DNA of 64,000 nucleotides, from the NCBI GenBank assembly GCA_964016885.1, contig OZ024740.1, positions 38,936,001 through 39,000,000 on the forward strand, written 5' to 3'. Below the pieces are notes generated by a model. It was not told the origin of the DNA, searched no databases, and was given only the letters and a program-made list of their open reading frames with translations. Source of the DNA: Eledone cirrhosa (taxonomy: Eukaryota). A program made the translations under genes and the position numbers. Positions 22,431 through 35,920 of this stretch are shown here, in pieces. The stretch's first letter is position 1. Each line of letters starts with the position of its first letter.

Positions 22431-25400
22431 GTATATATGTAAGTGTTTAAGTATCGCTAGAAGTAAGACTGTGTGTATGTAAGTGTTTAAGTATCGCTAG
22501 AAGTAAGACTGTGTGTATGTAAGTGTTTAAGTATCGCTAGAAGTAAGTCTGTATGTATGTAAGTGTTTAAGTATCGCTAGAAGTAAGACTGTGTGTATGT
22601 AAGTGTTTAAGTATCGCTAGAAGTAAGTCTGTATGTATGTAAGTGTTTAAGTATCGCTAGAAGTAAGACTGTGTGTATGTAAGTGTTTAAGTATCGCTAG
22701 AAGTAAGTCTGTATGTATGTAAGTGTTTAAGTATCGCTAGAAGTAAGACTGTGTGTATGTAAGTGTTTAAGTATCGCTAGAAGTAAGTCTGTATGTATGT
22801 AAGTGTTTAAGTATCGCTAGAAGTAAGACTGTGTGTATGTAAGTGTTTAAGTATCGCTAGAAGTAAGTCTGTATATATGTAAGTGTTTAAGTATCGCTAG
22901 AAGTAAGACTGTGTGTATGTAAGTGTTTAAGTATCGCTAGAAGTAAGTCTGTATGTATGTAAGTGTTTAAGTATCGCTAGAAGTAAGACTGTGTGTATGT
23001 AAGTGTTTAAGTATCGCTAGAAGTAAGTCTGTATATATGTAAGTGTTTAAGTATCGCTAGAAGTAAGACTGTGTGTATGTAAGTGTTTAAGTATCGCTAG
23101 AAGTAAGTCTGTGTGTATGTAAGTGTTTAAGTATCGCTAGAAGTAAGTCTGTATATATGTAAGTGTTTAAGTATCGCTAGAAGTAAGACTGTGTGTATGT
23201 AAGTGTTTAAGTATCGCTAGAAGTAAGTCTGTGTGTATGTAAGTGTTTAAGTATCGCTAGAAGTAAGTCTGTATATATGTAAGTCTTCAAGTATCGCTAG
23301 AAGTAAGACTGTGTGTATGTAAGTGGTTAACTATCGCTAGAAGTAAGTCTGTATATAGGTAAGTGTTTAAGTATCGCTAGAAGTAAGACTGTGTGTATGT
23401 AAGTGTTTAAGTATCGCTAGAAGTAAGTCTGTATGTATGTAAGTGTTTAAGTATCACTAGAAGTAAGTCTGTGTGTATGTAAGTGTTTAAGTATCGCTAG
23501 AAGTAAGACTGTGTGTATATAAGTGTTTAAGTGTCGCTAGAAGTAAGTCTGTATCTATGTAAGTGTTTAAGTATCGCTAGAAGTAAGACTGTTTGTATAT
23601 AAGTGTTTAAGTATCGCTAGAAGTCAGTCTGTATGTATGTAAGTGTTTAAGTATCGTTAGAAATAAGACTGTATGTAAGTAAGTGTGTAAGTATCGCTAA
23701 AAGTAAGTCTGTATGTATGTAAGTGTTTAAGTATCGCTAGAAGTAAGTCTGTGTGTATGTAAGTGTTTAAGTATCGTTAGAAGTAAGTCTGTATCTATGT
23801 AAGTGTTTAAGTATCGCTAGAAGTAAGACTGTGTGTATGTAAGTGTTTAATTATCGCTAGAAGTAAGTCTGTATATATGTAAGTGTTTAAGTATCGCTAG
23901 AAGTAAGACTGTGTGTATGTAAGTGGTTAACTATCGCTAGAAGTAAGTCTGTATATAGGTAAGTGTTTAAGTATCGCTAGAAGTAAGACTGTGTGTATGT
24001 AAGTGTTTAAGTATCGCTAGAAGTAAGTCTGTATGTATGTAAGTGTTTAAGTATCACTAGAAGTAAGTCTGTGTGTATGTAAGTGTTTAAGTATCGCTAG
24101 AAGTAAGACTGTGTGTATATAAGTGTTTAAGTGTCGCTAGATGTAAGTCTGTATCTATGTAATTCTTTAAGTATCGCTAGAAGTAAGACTGTGTGTATAT
24201 AAGTGTTTAAGTATCGCTAGAAGTAAGACTGTATGTAAGTAAGTGTGTAAGTATCGCTAGAAGTAAGTCTGTATGTATGTAAGTGTTTAAGTATCGCTAG
24301 AAGTAAGTCTGTATGTATGTAAGTGTTTAAGTATCGCTAGAAGTAAGACTTTGTGTATGTAAGTGTTTAAGTATCGTTAGAAGTAAGTCTGTATCTATGT
24401 AAGTGTTTAAGTATCGCTAGAAGTAAGTCTGTATGTATGTAGGTGTTTAAGTATCGTTAGAAATAAGACTGTATGTAAGTAAGTGTGTAAGTATCGCTAG
24501 AAGTAAGTCTGTATGTATGTAAGTGTTTAAGTATCGCTAGAAGTAAGTCTGTGTGTATGTAAGTGTTTAAGTATCGTTAGAAGTAAGTCTGTATCTATGT
24601 AAGTGTTTAAGTATCGCTAGAAGTAAGACGTATGTAAGTAAGTGTGTAAGTATCGCTAGAAGTAAGTCTGTATGTAAGTGTTTAAGTATCGCTAGAAGTA
24701 AGTCTGTATGTATGTAAGTGTTTAAGTATCGCTAGAAGTAAGACTGTGTGTATGTAAGTGTTTAAGTATCGCTAGAAGTAAGACTGTATGTATTTAAGTG
24801 TTTAAGTATCGCTAGAAGTAAGTCTGTATGTATGTAAATGTTTAAGTATCGCTAGAAGTAAGACTTTGTGTATGTAAGTGTTTAAGTATCGCTAGAAGTA
24901 AGTCTGTATGTATGTAAGTCTTTAAGTATCGCTAGAAGTAAGTCTGTATGTATGTAAGTGTTTAAGTATCGTTAGAAATAAGACTGTATGTAAGTGTTTA
25001 GGTATCGCTAGAAGTAAGACTGTATGTATGTAAGTATTTAAGTATCGCTAGAAGTAGGTCTGTATATATGTAAGTGTTTAAGTATCGTTAGAAGTAAGAC
25101 TGTGTGTATGTAAGTGTTTAAGTATCGCTAGAAGTAAGACTGTATGTAAGTAAGTGTGTAAGTATCGCTAGAAGTTAGTCTGTATGTATGTAAGTTTTTA
25201 AGTATTGTTAGAAATAAGACTGCATGTATGTAACTGTTTAAGTATCGCTAGAAGTAAGTTTGCATGTATCTAAATGTTTAAGTATCGTTAGAAGTAAGAC
25301 TGTATGTATGTAATTGTTTAAGTATCGCTAGAAGTAAGTCTGTATGTATGTAAGTGTTTAAGTATCGTTAGAAGTAAGTCTGTATGTAAGTGTTTAAGTA

Positions 25401-26655
25401 TCGTTAGAAGTAAGGCTGTGTGTATGTAAGTGTTTAAGTATCACTAGAAGTAAGTCTGTATGTATGTAAGTGTTTAAGTATCGCTAGAAGTAAGACTGTG
25501 TGTATGTAAGTGTTTAAGCATCGTTAAAAGTAAGTCTGTATGTATGTAAGTGTTTAAGTATCGCTAGAAGTAAGTCTGTATGTAAGTGTTTAAGTATCGT
25601 TAGAAGTAAGACTGTGTGTATGTAAGTGTTTAAGTATCGCTAGAAGTAAGACTGTGTGTATGTAAGTGTTTAAGCATCTTTAGAAGTAAGTCTGTATGTA
25701 TGTAAGTGTTTAAGTATCGTTAGAAGTAAGTCTGTATGTAAGTGTTTAAGTATCGTTAGAAGTAAGACTGTGTGTATGTAAGTGTTTAAGTATCGTTAGA
25801 AGTAAGACTGTATGTATGTAAGTGTGTAAGTATCGCTAGAAGTATGTCTGTATGTATGTAAGTGTTTAAGTATCGTTAGAAGTAAGACTGTATGTATGTA
25901 AGTGTTTAAGTATCGTTAGAAGTAAGACTGTGTGTATGTAAGTGTTTAAGTATCGCTAGAAGTAAGACTGTATGTAAGTAAGTGTGTAAGTATCGCTAGA
26001 AGTTAGTCTGTATGTATGTAAGTTTTTAAGTATTGTTAGAAATAAGACTGCATGTATGTAACTGTTTAAGTATCGCTAGAAGTAAGTTTGCATGTATCTA
26101 AATGTTTAAGTATCGTTAGAAGTAAGACTGTATGTATGTAATTGTTTAAGTATCGCTAGAAGTAAGTCTGTATGTATGTAAGTGTTTAAGTATCGCTAGA
26201 AGTAAGTCTGTATGTAAGTGTTTAAGTATCGTTAGAAGTAAGACTGTGTGTATGTAAGTGTTTAAGTATCGCTAGAAGTAAGACTGTGTGTATGTAAGTG
26301 TTTAAGCATCTTTAGAAGTAAGTCTGTATGTATGTAAGTGTTTAAGTATCGTTAGAAGTAAGTCTGTATGTAAGTGTTTAAGTATCGTTAGAAGTAAGAC
26401 TGTGTGTATGTAAGTGTTTAAGTATCGTTAGAAGTAAGACTGTATGTATGTAAGTGTGTAAGTATCGCTAGAAGTATGTCTGTATGTATGTAAGTGTTTA
26501 AGTATCGTTAGAAGTAAGACTGTATGTATGTAAGTGTTTAAGTATCGCTAGAAGTAAGACTGTGTGTATGTAAGTGTTTAAGTATCGCTGGAAGTAAGTC
26601 TGTAGAAGTAAGACCGTATGTAAGGGCATAAGTATCGCTAGAAGTAAGTCTGTGT
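22431..26655. repeat. 40-bp minisatellite array (~105 units)
   Basis: Unit AAGTGTTTAAGTATCGCTAGAAGTAAG(A/T)CTGT(G/A)TGTATGT; 36-bp deletion variants in the distal half. Confidence 0.97.
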
Positions 26656-27908
26656 CTAAACGTACATATTTATAAGTATCAACCTAGAAGGGGGGATGCA
26701 GAGGGATAAACTATGCTTTGACCATTTTGTTTTATAATTCTTGCCGCTAGAAGCAGGGTGAGTCACAGTTGTAAAACAGGATGTGGAAGAAATAGTAATC
26801 AATAGAATAGAATTGAGAAATAAATATATCGATTAGATAGTTTGGAAATTTGGTAAACAATGTTTGTTAACCAATCAGAGAGTAATAAATAATGTGTGTC
26901 AGCCAATCAGAAAGCTTATCTTATAATGGTTATTTACCAATCGGCTAGCTTTTCGTCTAAATAAATCTCGGTCATATTTTTAGTCGGTGGTCAAAAGACG
27001 AAGCGACCAAGTACAAAGTAGAGAGAATCGAATGAGAGAAAGAAACACAATCTTACAATTGTTCACGTCATGTTGATTAGAGTGACTAGTTCAGTAATAT
27101 TCTCAGTAATATAAAGTTATGTAAGGGAAGAAGGAAGATGTGTTAGTTGCTTAGGGAATGGTGTTAAAGTGTGTGGATGACCATATCCAGAAATTAAGGG
27201 TGGGGGGGACATCGGGGGAGTTCTGTGGTCCTCTATAGAGCTCTCGTGCCCACAGTGTCAAATACTTTGGTAAGGTCTATAAAATCACAAATACCCCACC
27301 CCTGGTCTATTCCTCTATTGGTGTTTCCTGCACCCATCCGCCGTTCTATTTCCTATATTTCTTTTGGGGTTGCCTACCCATCCCTCCTGTTCCTCTCTTA
27401 GATGGATCCTTCACGCACCCTTCTTCTGTCCCTTACATTTCTCTTCAGGCTGCCTTGTTTTGTTCCTCTCTTGGGATTGCCTGCACACACACGACCCTGT
27501 TTTATCCTCCTACCTTTCTCTTGGGGTTTCCAGAGAAGAAAGCTATTCTCCAGTAGTTGAATCAGTGAGATTTAATTCCTGTTTTTTTAACAGGGGGAGT
27601 AATGACTGCATCACGACGATTCTGAGGTATTTTACCTTATTCCCAGACAATAACCTCAAGTGTTGGTGCTCCATTTTCTAACTCTCGGGTAGGATCCCAT
27701 CAACTCTTGATGCCCTTCCACTTGTCACCTGATTTATGACTTTTACTGTCTCTTCTATGATTTTAGTCTCGTTCAGTTCTGTTTTCTCTGATTGTTGATT
27801 TGATAGATGACAGAGTGATGACTCATGCGGGTGTTAGGAGAGTTTTGAAGTGTTCTGACCATCAATTCAGGATGGATGCTCTGACTCTCAGTAGATCCTA
27901 TCCATCTT

Positions 27909-28351
27909 CACTGCACAAAGGGCTCTGAAATTGGTATGGAGGGTAATACACTGCAAAAGAGACTCTATATATCATATGGAAAGTCATACACTGCACAAAA
28001 GATTCTGGACTTGGCATAGAGGGCGATACACTGCATATGAAGCTCTGAATATTATATTGAAGGCCATACACGGCACAATGAGCTCTGAAATCGGCACAAA
28101 AAGCCAAACACTGTACAAGTCACTCTCAGATTCATATAGATGGGCATACATTGCACAAAGTGCTCTGGATTTAATAGGGAAGACCATACGCGTCACAAGG
28201 GACTCTGGACATGGTATGGAAGGCCATACACGACACAAGAGGCTCTGAACTTGGTATGGAAGGCCATACACTACTTTTAGTGGGGATATTGGCTTGATAC
28301 GAATAAACATTCACTTCACAAGCTGCTCTGGACTTGGTATGGAAGGCCATA
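27909..28351. repeat. Diverged 40-bp tandem repeat (~10 units) amplified from within the RTE ORF
   Basis: CACTGCACAAAGGGCTCTGAACTTGGTATGGAAGGCCATA-like units. The reverse strand encodes the AVYGLPYQVQSPLC segment. Confidence 0.8.
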
Positions 28352-28613
28352 CATTATTTTCAGTGTCGCATAGGACCCTCTGTACTCATTGATGTCTGCG
28401 CAAATTTGAGTTCTTTTTGCAAGAATTATCCACTAACCGTTTTGGATTTTTCGGGGGCCTGCGCTGGAGTTTCCCACAGACAATGCGGAAGGCTACAAAC
28501 AAGACGATGGTCTGTGTGGCACTCCGTACAGGGTATTACTTTGTATATGAGGTACCAGTACCTGAACCGATGATGCCTTCAGGTTGTCTTCAGCCTTTCT
28601 TTTTGTTGGAAAA

Positions 28614-28668
28614 CAATAATTGTTTCTACTTTAGGCACAAGGCCAGCAATTACCCAGTGCATTACTGG
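28614..28668 (-). mobile_element. SINE 3' fragment inserted in the RTE relic
   Basis: AATAATTGTTTCTACTTTAGGCACAAGGCCAGCAATTACCCAGTGCATTACTGG. Confidence 0.75.
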
Positions 28669-29576
28669 TGACTATGGTGAATTGTTGCTCCATGCAAATT
28701 TTTAATAGATAGCGCCGCATGTTGTTAGAAGATCAGTACATGTTGAAAAATGTATTTTGGCGCGAATTGGGTGACACAGGAAAATGATGTGGCACATTGG
28801 CAGGTTTTCAAATCTCAAGACGATGGAATTTCTGATTATAAAGCCAACGACAGAATTGCGTCTTTCAGTTTTGTGGCAGAAAATTTAACAGGCACCCAGG
28901 ATAGTAGAAGATATAGCAGGTACCCAGACCAGTAGAAAATATAACAGACACCCAGACTAGTAGAAGATATAGCAGGTACCCAGACCAGATGCAGCAGGCA
29001 CTGTTTCCTCCTCTTCAGGACGGATTTCACTAAGAGCAGAAATGTCGACATCCAGTCTTGAAAGTTCCTGTGCCATCAGAAACAGAGAGTCGTTCTAAGT
29101 GAGCATTATTTGCTGTGTCAAACACTGTCTTGATATTTCAACTGGCGAATTCCAATTTCTGTTTCTGTACACTGTCCCTCTGTGCACTTTATGCTATATA
29201 TTACGTTCCTAAGTTTTACAGTTAATCTGTAAACTATACATTTTCTATCAGTGCACTAAACAACCATCCAGTTATTAAACTAACCGACTGGGAAATTATA
29301 ATAATTAATTGAAGTAAAAACCAACAGGTGCGTGTGTTTTTTGTTTGTTTTCTTTTATTGGTCTCCCAAGGTCTAACAATATCTATTTCAACACACGTTT
29401 TCAGATAAAAAAAAATCTTGCAAAAACAAATACGAAAACGAAGTATATATATATATATATATACGTATATAAATAAGCATACATCATAAGAATTTATATA
29501 TATATATATATATATGAGTGTGTTTGTGCCTACATATGTACATATGTATATTTGTATGAATGTATGTAGATATATG

Positions 29577-29656
<80 letters not shown>

Positions 29657-29830
29657 GTGTGTGTGTGTGTGTGGATCTAGCTGTCGAAACGGTCGGAGCT
29701 CAGCCGTCGGGGTCCTGACTCTTTTCTTTTCCTATATATATATATATTGTTGTACTTTGGGAGGGCCATGCTGGCAATATATAAAACACACGTACCAGTG
29801 AGTTTCGCTTCGGTTTTATTATTAGTTATG

Positions 29831-30018
29831 GTAGTGGATTGGCAGTATCGGTAGAGGGTCGGACGCCATGCTTTGCAGCATAGAGTTACGCCCCTTATGA
29901 TCTGAGTTCAAATCCCGCCGAGGTTAACTTTGCCTTTCATCCTTACGGGGTCGATAAAATAAAATACCAGTAATGTACTGGGATAATTGCTGGCCTTGTG
30001 CCAAAATTAGAAACAATT
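29831..30018 (+). mobile_element. Young tRNA-derived SINE with TSD
   Basis: Family consensus. TTATTAGTTATG is duplicated at both ends. Confidence 0.9.
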
Positions 30019-30244
30019 ATTAGTTATGTAACTAGTCCTCTGTTAGTTAACTAAGAAGCACACCACATAAAGATGGAGTAAATAAAACAAAATCAAAACT
30101 AAGAAGAGACACAGAGGAGAAAGTATAGTCATTGAGGAAGGTCATAGAATGTGTGACGAAAGAAGTTTGACAATTAAATAACCACCCGGTTACTAAACTA
30201 ACTGAAAAATGGATTAGTTATATGTATGTATGTATGTATGTATG

Positions 30245-30851
30245 TCAGGTCACCAGTTGGTGCTACTGGTAACATGTATTCCAGTACAACCTGTCTCATG
30301 GTCGGGTCGTTGGCGACTAAACTGGCAACCCCACCAAGGTTTCTTGGTGAGGAGGGTGACTTTGGACATCCTGCAGGACTAAAAACAAAACCTGTCAAAG
30401 GGCAAAGGAGCTCTTAAGAGTCAATGGTCATCCAAAATCACCGGGAGAGATGACCCCTTAGCCTTTGTCAAGGCAGAATTCTAGGAGAAGGAAAACTCTG
30501 ATATAACACCTGCGACTCTGATGGTATCCAATGATGTTGACTTGTTCTTCTTTTTGGTAAATATCATCTTGGTTAAGAGAGTGGGACTGGCTTTGTGCAG
30601 TGCCTTTGCTCACTATAAAAGCTTCACGGCACAGGCATTGCTTTATATCTGGAGATCTCTCTGCACTTGTCGTCACATGGTACCATGGGCCCAGCACTAT
30701 GTGTCAATAATTGTCACAAGTGTAGTGTTTGTTCCAGAGTTTTCAAGTCGTTGGCTGGACTAAAAAGTCACACCCGTTCGGCGCATCGGTAGGGGTTCTC
30801 CTATATGGATATAAAGTAGTGGCCGTACTCGAAAACGAGTTGGCAGCCACC
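30245..30851 (+). mobile_element. Family A copy 3 (full length)
   Basis: Aligns to copy 1 end to end; (TATG)n flanks. Confidence 0.9.
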
Positions 30852-30948
30852 ATGTATGTATGTATGTATGTATGTATGTATGTGTGTGTGTATATGTGTG
30901 TGTGTGTGTGAATGCCTATATATATATGTGTATGTATATATATATGTA

Positions 30949-31508
30949 TGTCTCATGGTCGGGTCGTTGGCGACTAAACTGGCAACCCCACCAAGGTTTC
31001 TTGGTGAGGAGGGTGATTTTGGACATCCTGCAGGACTAAAAACAAAACCTGTCAAAGGGCTAAGGAGCTCTTAAGAGTCAATGGCCATCCAAAATCACCG
31101 GGAGAGATGACCCCTTAGCCTTTGTCAAGGCAGAATTCTAGGAGAAGGAAAACTCTGATATAACACCTGCAGCCCTGATGGTATCCAATGATGTTGACTT
31201 GTTCTTCTTTTTGGTAAATATCATCTTGGTTAAGAGAGTGGGACTGGCTTTGTGCAGTGCCTTTGCTCACTATAAAAGCTTCACGGCACAGGCATTGCTT
31301 TATATCTGGAGATCTCTCTGCACTTGTCCTCACATGGTACCATGGGCCCAGCACTATGTGTCAATAATTGTCACAAGTGTAGTGTTTGTACCAGAGTTTT
31401 CAAGTCGCTGGCTGGACTAAAAAGTCACACTCGTTCAGCGCATTGGTAGGAGTTCTCCTACATGGATATAAAGTAGTGGCCGTACTCGAAAACGAGTTGG
31501 CAGCCACC
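30949..31508 (+). mobile_element. Family A copy 4 (lacks ~45 nt at the 5' end)
   Basis: Starts TGTCTCATGGTCGGG; the tail runs into (TA)n. Confidence 0.9.
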
Positions 31509-31511
31509 ATG

Positions 31512-31608
<97 letters not shown>

Positions 31609-32332
31609 TCGCAACAACGCAGCACGCCATTTTTTCATTTATGTATATATATATATATGTATATGTATATATATATATAGGAAAAGGTATGACCCCGACG
31701 GCAGAGCTCAAGCTGTTTCGACGTTTTTGAGTACTCTGGTGCGTTATTGTCCATTTGGTTCCTTACCACAATTCCTTCGTTATATATATATAAATATGTG
31801 TGTGTGTGTGTGTGTTTGCGTATGTATGTATTTGCAAACTAGTGTGTTTATACACTTGTGTCTATGCCAGTATATATATATGTATATATAAATGTATATA
31901 TGCATATATAACTTTAATTTTATACCTAATTGTGTATGGTTAACGATATATTTAATCGATTTCCACGTGCTATTGAAATGCTGGATAAATATTCTATGGC
32001 TGTTGATCGCGAATAAATGGCTGTCGTTTATTCATCTATTATTTCTTCACAGGTGTCTTTTAATCTTATAGCCTGGTTTAATTGGTTTTTTGTGTGGTTG
32101 ATTATGCTAATTGGGAGAGGAAATGGAGTATATATCTTATCAAAGGACATAATTTATAGTATATATATATGGTATATGTGTGTATATGTATATGTCTGTC
32201 TGTATGTATGTATATGTATTTATGTGTGTGTGTGTATGTGTGTGTGTATGTGTGTGTATGTGTGTGTATATGTGTATGTCCGTGTACATGTATGTTTGTA
32301 TATATATATATATATGTGTATATATATACATG

Positions 32333-32403
<71 letters not shown>

Positions 32404-32657
32404 ATATATATATACATATGTATATATATATATTTTACTTTTATCTATCTGAATGTGTGTATATGTATGCACACCCGTGTCTTTTTCTATATTGCTATAT
32501 ATTTTTATATATTATTTTTCTTACCCTTCTTTTCTTATGTATATTTCCCGTTATATTTCCAGCCTCACTTCCAATTTTTAACAGATTTTAAATCTCATTT
32601 CCTATCTGTTATCCAGAACATCTCTGTCTGACGACCGATCCAGACGTATATTATTAT

Positions 32658-32850
32658 TGTGGTGGATTAGCAGTATCGGTAGAGGGTCGGACGCCATGCT
32701 TTCCAGCATAGTTACGTCTCTTTGGGGTCTGAGTTCAAATCCCGCCGAGGTTAACTTTGCCTTTCATCCTTACGGGGTCGATAAAATAAAGTACCAGTAA
32801 TGCACTGGAGGATTGATGGCCTTGTGCCAAAAGTAGAAACAATTATTATT
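32658..32850 (+). mobile_element. tRNA-derived SINE
   Basis: Family consensus with ATTATTATTG flanks. Confidence 0.9.
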
Positions 32851-33403
32851 GGTAATGGAGTAGTTATAATAATGATAATAATAATGGAAATATTGTGTAC
32901 AGTGCTCAGGTGCACTACAACTCATTAAAAGTGTATGTATAGTACATAGGGTAATGTACAAACGTCAGGAAAATGAACAGTGCATGAGTCATGTGATATA
33001 CACATGTGCGCATGTGTATGGAAGGGGTACTACTCAGGTGTAGTATATTTTGTGTTGTTCACTTTCTAACTAATAATAAAGCTGAAATGAAACTAAACTG
33101 TGGCCAGGGCCGGATTTAATGGGAGCAATTGCTCTGGAGGCCCCACGGCGGGGATGGAAGGGCACGAACGACGGCCGTAGCAATTTATTTGTGCCTTTTG
33201 CTAAAGAACGGGTATTAAAAAAATTGATGAACGTTTGAAATGGGACCAAGTTGTAAAGAATGACATCAAGAAACTGAACCCGACAAAGAAGATGACATAA
33301 TATAAAAGACATGTCCACCAGTACAAGTAGTGAGATAATAAAAGTGTGGTGAGAGATTGGAGGCTACAGTGTTTGGCAATCGAATGGAGACAATATAGTT
33401 TAA

Positions 33404-33624
33404 CCCTTTAGCATTTACATTACTCTATATTTACTATTGTATTATCACGGTAAGCCCTTTATTTCACCTAATTTTTCCACATGATATCGAATCTATGAGA
33501 TTTTGATATTATTTATTTTAAGAACAATACCTTAACATAAGTATGAGCAGACAGTTATAGCCAGTTTGAACAGAAAGAGGTGAGAGAATTCTGGCCGGAT
33601 ATGGCCGGTTTAAATACTAAAGGG
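33404..33624. mobile_element. piggyBac-type MITE
   Basis: TTAA|CCCTTTAGCATTTA ... TAAATACTAAAGGG|TTAA: TTAA TSD and CCC/GGG TIR ends. Confidence 0.85.
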
Positions 33625-34114
33625 TTAAGGAAACAATTTAGTGTGGCCGGCCGAGCATGTGACGACCTCTTTAGTACTAATACCACGATAAAATACACTC
33701 AGTACATCTTGTAAATGATTAATGGTGGTGACTTGATAGAAGATACCAAGTCAACTGTGTAAAGTGGTTGCGCTAGTATCGCAGAAACAATGTACCCAGT
33801 AAATACTCTAAAGTGGTTATGTTAGGAAAGGCATCCAGTCATAGAAACCATGCCGAATATGTAATTTATGAGCAAAATAAAGTCGCTCTGATAGTCTGGT
33901 CTCGCACTGTGACAACCTTTCCAACACATGCCAGTGTGAAAAGTGGATGTAAAATGAGAATGGTTAGATTTATTTTTAATTTAATACCTGTATGTATAAA
34001 TTTGGAGGTTTGCTCTGTATTCAAATCAAAAACCTTGCAAAACGAATGCGAAAACGGTATTATACATATATATATGTGTGTGTGTCTGTGTGTGTGTTTG
34101 TGTGTGTGTGTGTG

Positions 34115-34393
34115 TGGTTTTATAATTTCACAAAGTTTTACCAATAGAGAGAGAGTCGGTTTCTAACATAGACACAAGACTCTCTCATTGGAATTTACAC
34201 ATCAACTTGGTAGATATGTATGTATGTATGCATGCATGTGTAGATATGGATATTATTGTATGTGCATATTGTATGTGTGAATGTGTATGTTTTGAGTTGC
34301 ATGCGTATATGCAGTTATTAGATGCAACATTTTTGGAGTGTTTTACATATGTTTACTGTTCCATTAATGGATTGTACTTGTAATTTCCTAACT
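34115..34393 (-). mobile_element. R4/Dong-like element 3' fragment
   Basis: Homologous to 16910-17200 and 18860-19130. Its 5' end abuts (TATG)n and its 3' end abuts (TG)n. Confidence 0.75.
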
Positions 34394-34480
34394 ATGTATG
34401 TATGTATGTATGTATGTATGTATGTATGTATGTATGTATGTATGTATGTACGTATATATATACGTATGTATGTATATACG

Positions 34481-34514
<34 letters not shown>

Positions 34515-34524
34515 TGTATGTGTG

Positions 34525-35113
34525 TCAGGTCACCAGTTGGTGCTACTGGTAACATGTATCCAAGTGAAACCTGTCTCATGGTCGGGTCGTTGGCGACTAA
34601 ACTGGCAACCCCACCAAGGTTTCTTGGTGAGGAGGATGACTTTGGACATCCTGCAGGACTAAAAACAAAACCTGTCAAAGGGCAAAGAAGCTCTTAAAAT
34701 CACCGAGAGAGATGACCCCTTAGCCTTTGTCAAGGCAGAATTCTAGGAAAAGGAAAACTCTGATATAACACCTGCAACCCTGATGGTATCCAATGATGTT
34801 GACTTGTTCTTCTTTTTGGTAAATATCATCTTGGTTAAGAGAGTGGGACTGGCTTTGTGCAGTGCCTTTGCTCACTATAAAAGCTTCACAGCACAAGCAT
34901 TGCTTTATATCTAGAGATCTCTCTGCACTTGTCGTCACATGGTACCATGTGCCCAGCACTATATGTCAATAATTGTCACAAGTGTAGTGTTTGTACCAGA
35001 GTTTTCAAGTCGCTGGCTGGAGTAAAAAGTCACACTCGTTCAGCCCATCGGTAGGAGTTCTCCTACATGGATATAAAGTAGTGGCCGTACTCGAAAACCA
35101 GTTGGCAGCCACC
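34525..35113 (+). mobile_element. Family A copy 5 (18-bp internal deletion)
   Basis: Aligns to A; lacks GAGTCAATGGCCATCCAA. Confidence 0.9.
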
Positions 35114-35313
35114 ATGTATGTATGTATGTATGTATGTATGTATGTATGTATGTATGTATGTATGTATGTATGTACGTATGTATGTACGTATGCATGTACG
35201 TATGTATGTACGTATGTATGTACGTATGTATGTGCGTATGTATGCACGTATGTATGTATGTATGTATGTATGTATGTATGTATGTATGTATGTACGTATG
35301 TATGTATGTATGG

Positions 35314-35920
35314 TCAGGTCACCAGTTGGTGCTACTGGTAACATGTATCCCAGTGCAACCTGTCTCATGATCGGGTCGTTGGCGACTAAACTGGCAACCC
35401 CACCAAGGTTTCTTGGTGAGGAGGGTGACTTTGGACATCCTGCAGGACTAAAAACAAAACCTGTCAAAGGACAAAGGAGCTCTTAAGAGTCAATGGCCAT
35501 CCAAATTCACCGGGAGAGATGACCCCTTAGCCTTTGTCAAGGCAGAATTCTAGGAAAAGGAAAACTCTGATATAACACCTGCAACCCTGATGGTATCCAA
35601 TGATGTTGACTTGTTCTTCTTTTTGGTAAATATCATCTTGGTTAAGAGAGTGGGACTGGCTTTGTGCAGTGCCTTTGCTCACTATAAAAGCTTCACAGCA
35701 CAAGCATTGCTTTATATCTAGAGATCTCTCTGCACTTGTCGTCACATGGTACCATGTGCCCAGCACTATATGTCAATAATTGTCACAAGTGTAGTGTTTG
35801 TACCAGAGTTTTCAAGTCGCTGGCTGGAGTAAAAAGTCACACTCGTTCAGCCCATCGGTAGGAGTTCTCCTACATGGATATAAAGTAGTGGCCGTACTCG
35901 AAAACCAGTTGGCAGCCACC
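35314..35920 (+). mobile_element. Family A copy 6 (recombinant of copies 7 and 5)
   Basis: 5' variants are shared with copy 7 and 3' variants with copy 5. Confidence 0.9.

Larger units (their letters stand above)
27200..29190 (-). pseudogene. Decayed, internally deleted RTE-BovB-like LINE ORF (APE endonuclease to RT N-terminal half)
   Basis: Ordered minus-strand motifs: KLEFAS*NIKTVFD...AQELSRLDVDISALSEIR; VGFIIRNSI; FQQKERLKTT*RH; KVIPCTECHTDHRLVCS; AVYYPPYQFQSPLCSEDG; ILN*WSEHFKTLL; EETVKVINQVTSGRASRVDGILPE; GKIPQNRRDAVIT; FIDLTKVFDTV. Confidence 0.85.

Noticed and set aside
22431-26655. CRISPR-like array
   Set aside because: Units are contiguous with no unique spacers, there are no cas genes and the context is eukaryotic. 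It is a minisatellite.
28363-28551. Plus-strand exon after TTATTTTCAG
   Set aside because: Better explained as the minus-strand RTE endonuclease/linker region.
30280-30325. HDV-like ribozyme register in the family A leader (CCAGT/ACTGG as P2, CTAA as J4/2)
   Set aside because: No acceptable P3/L3/P1.1, and the P2 pairing is not preserved in family C.
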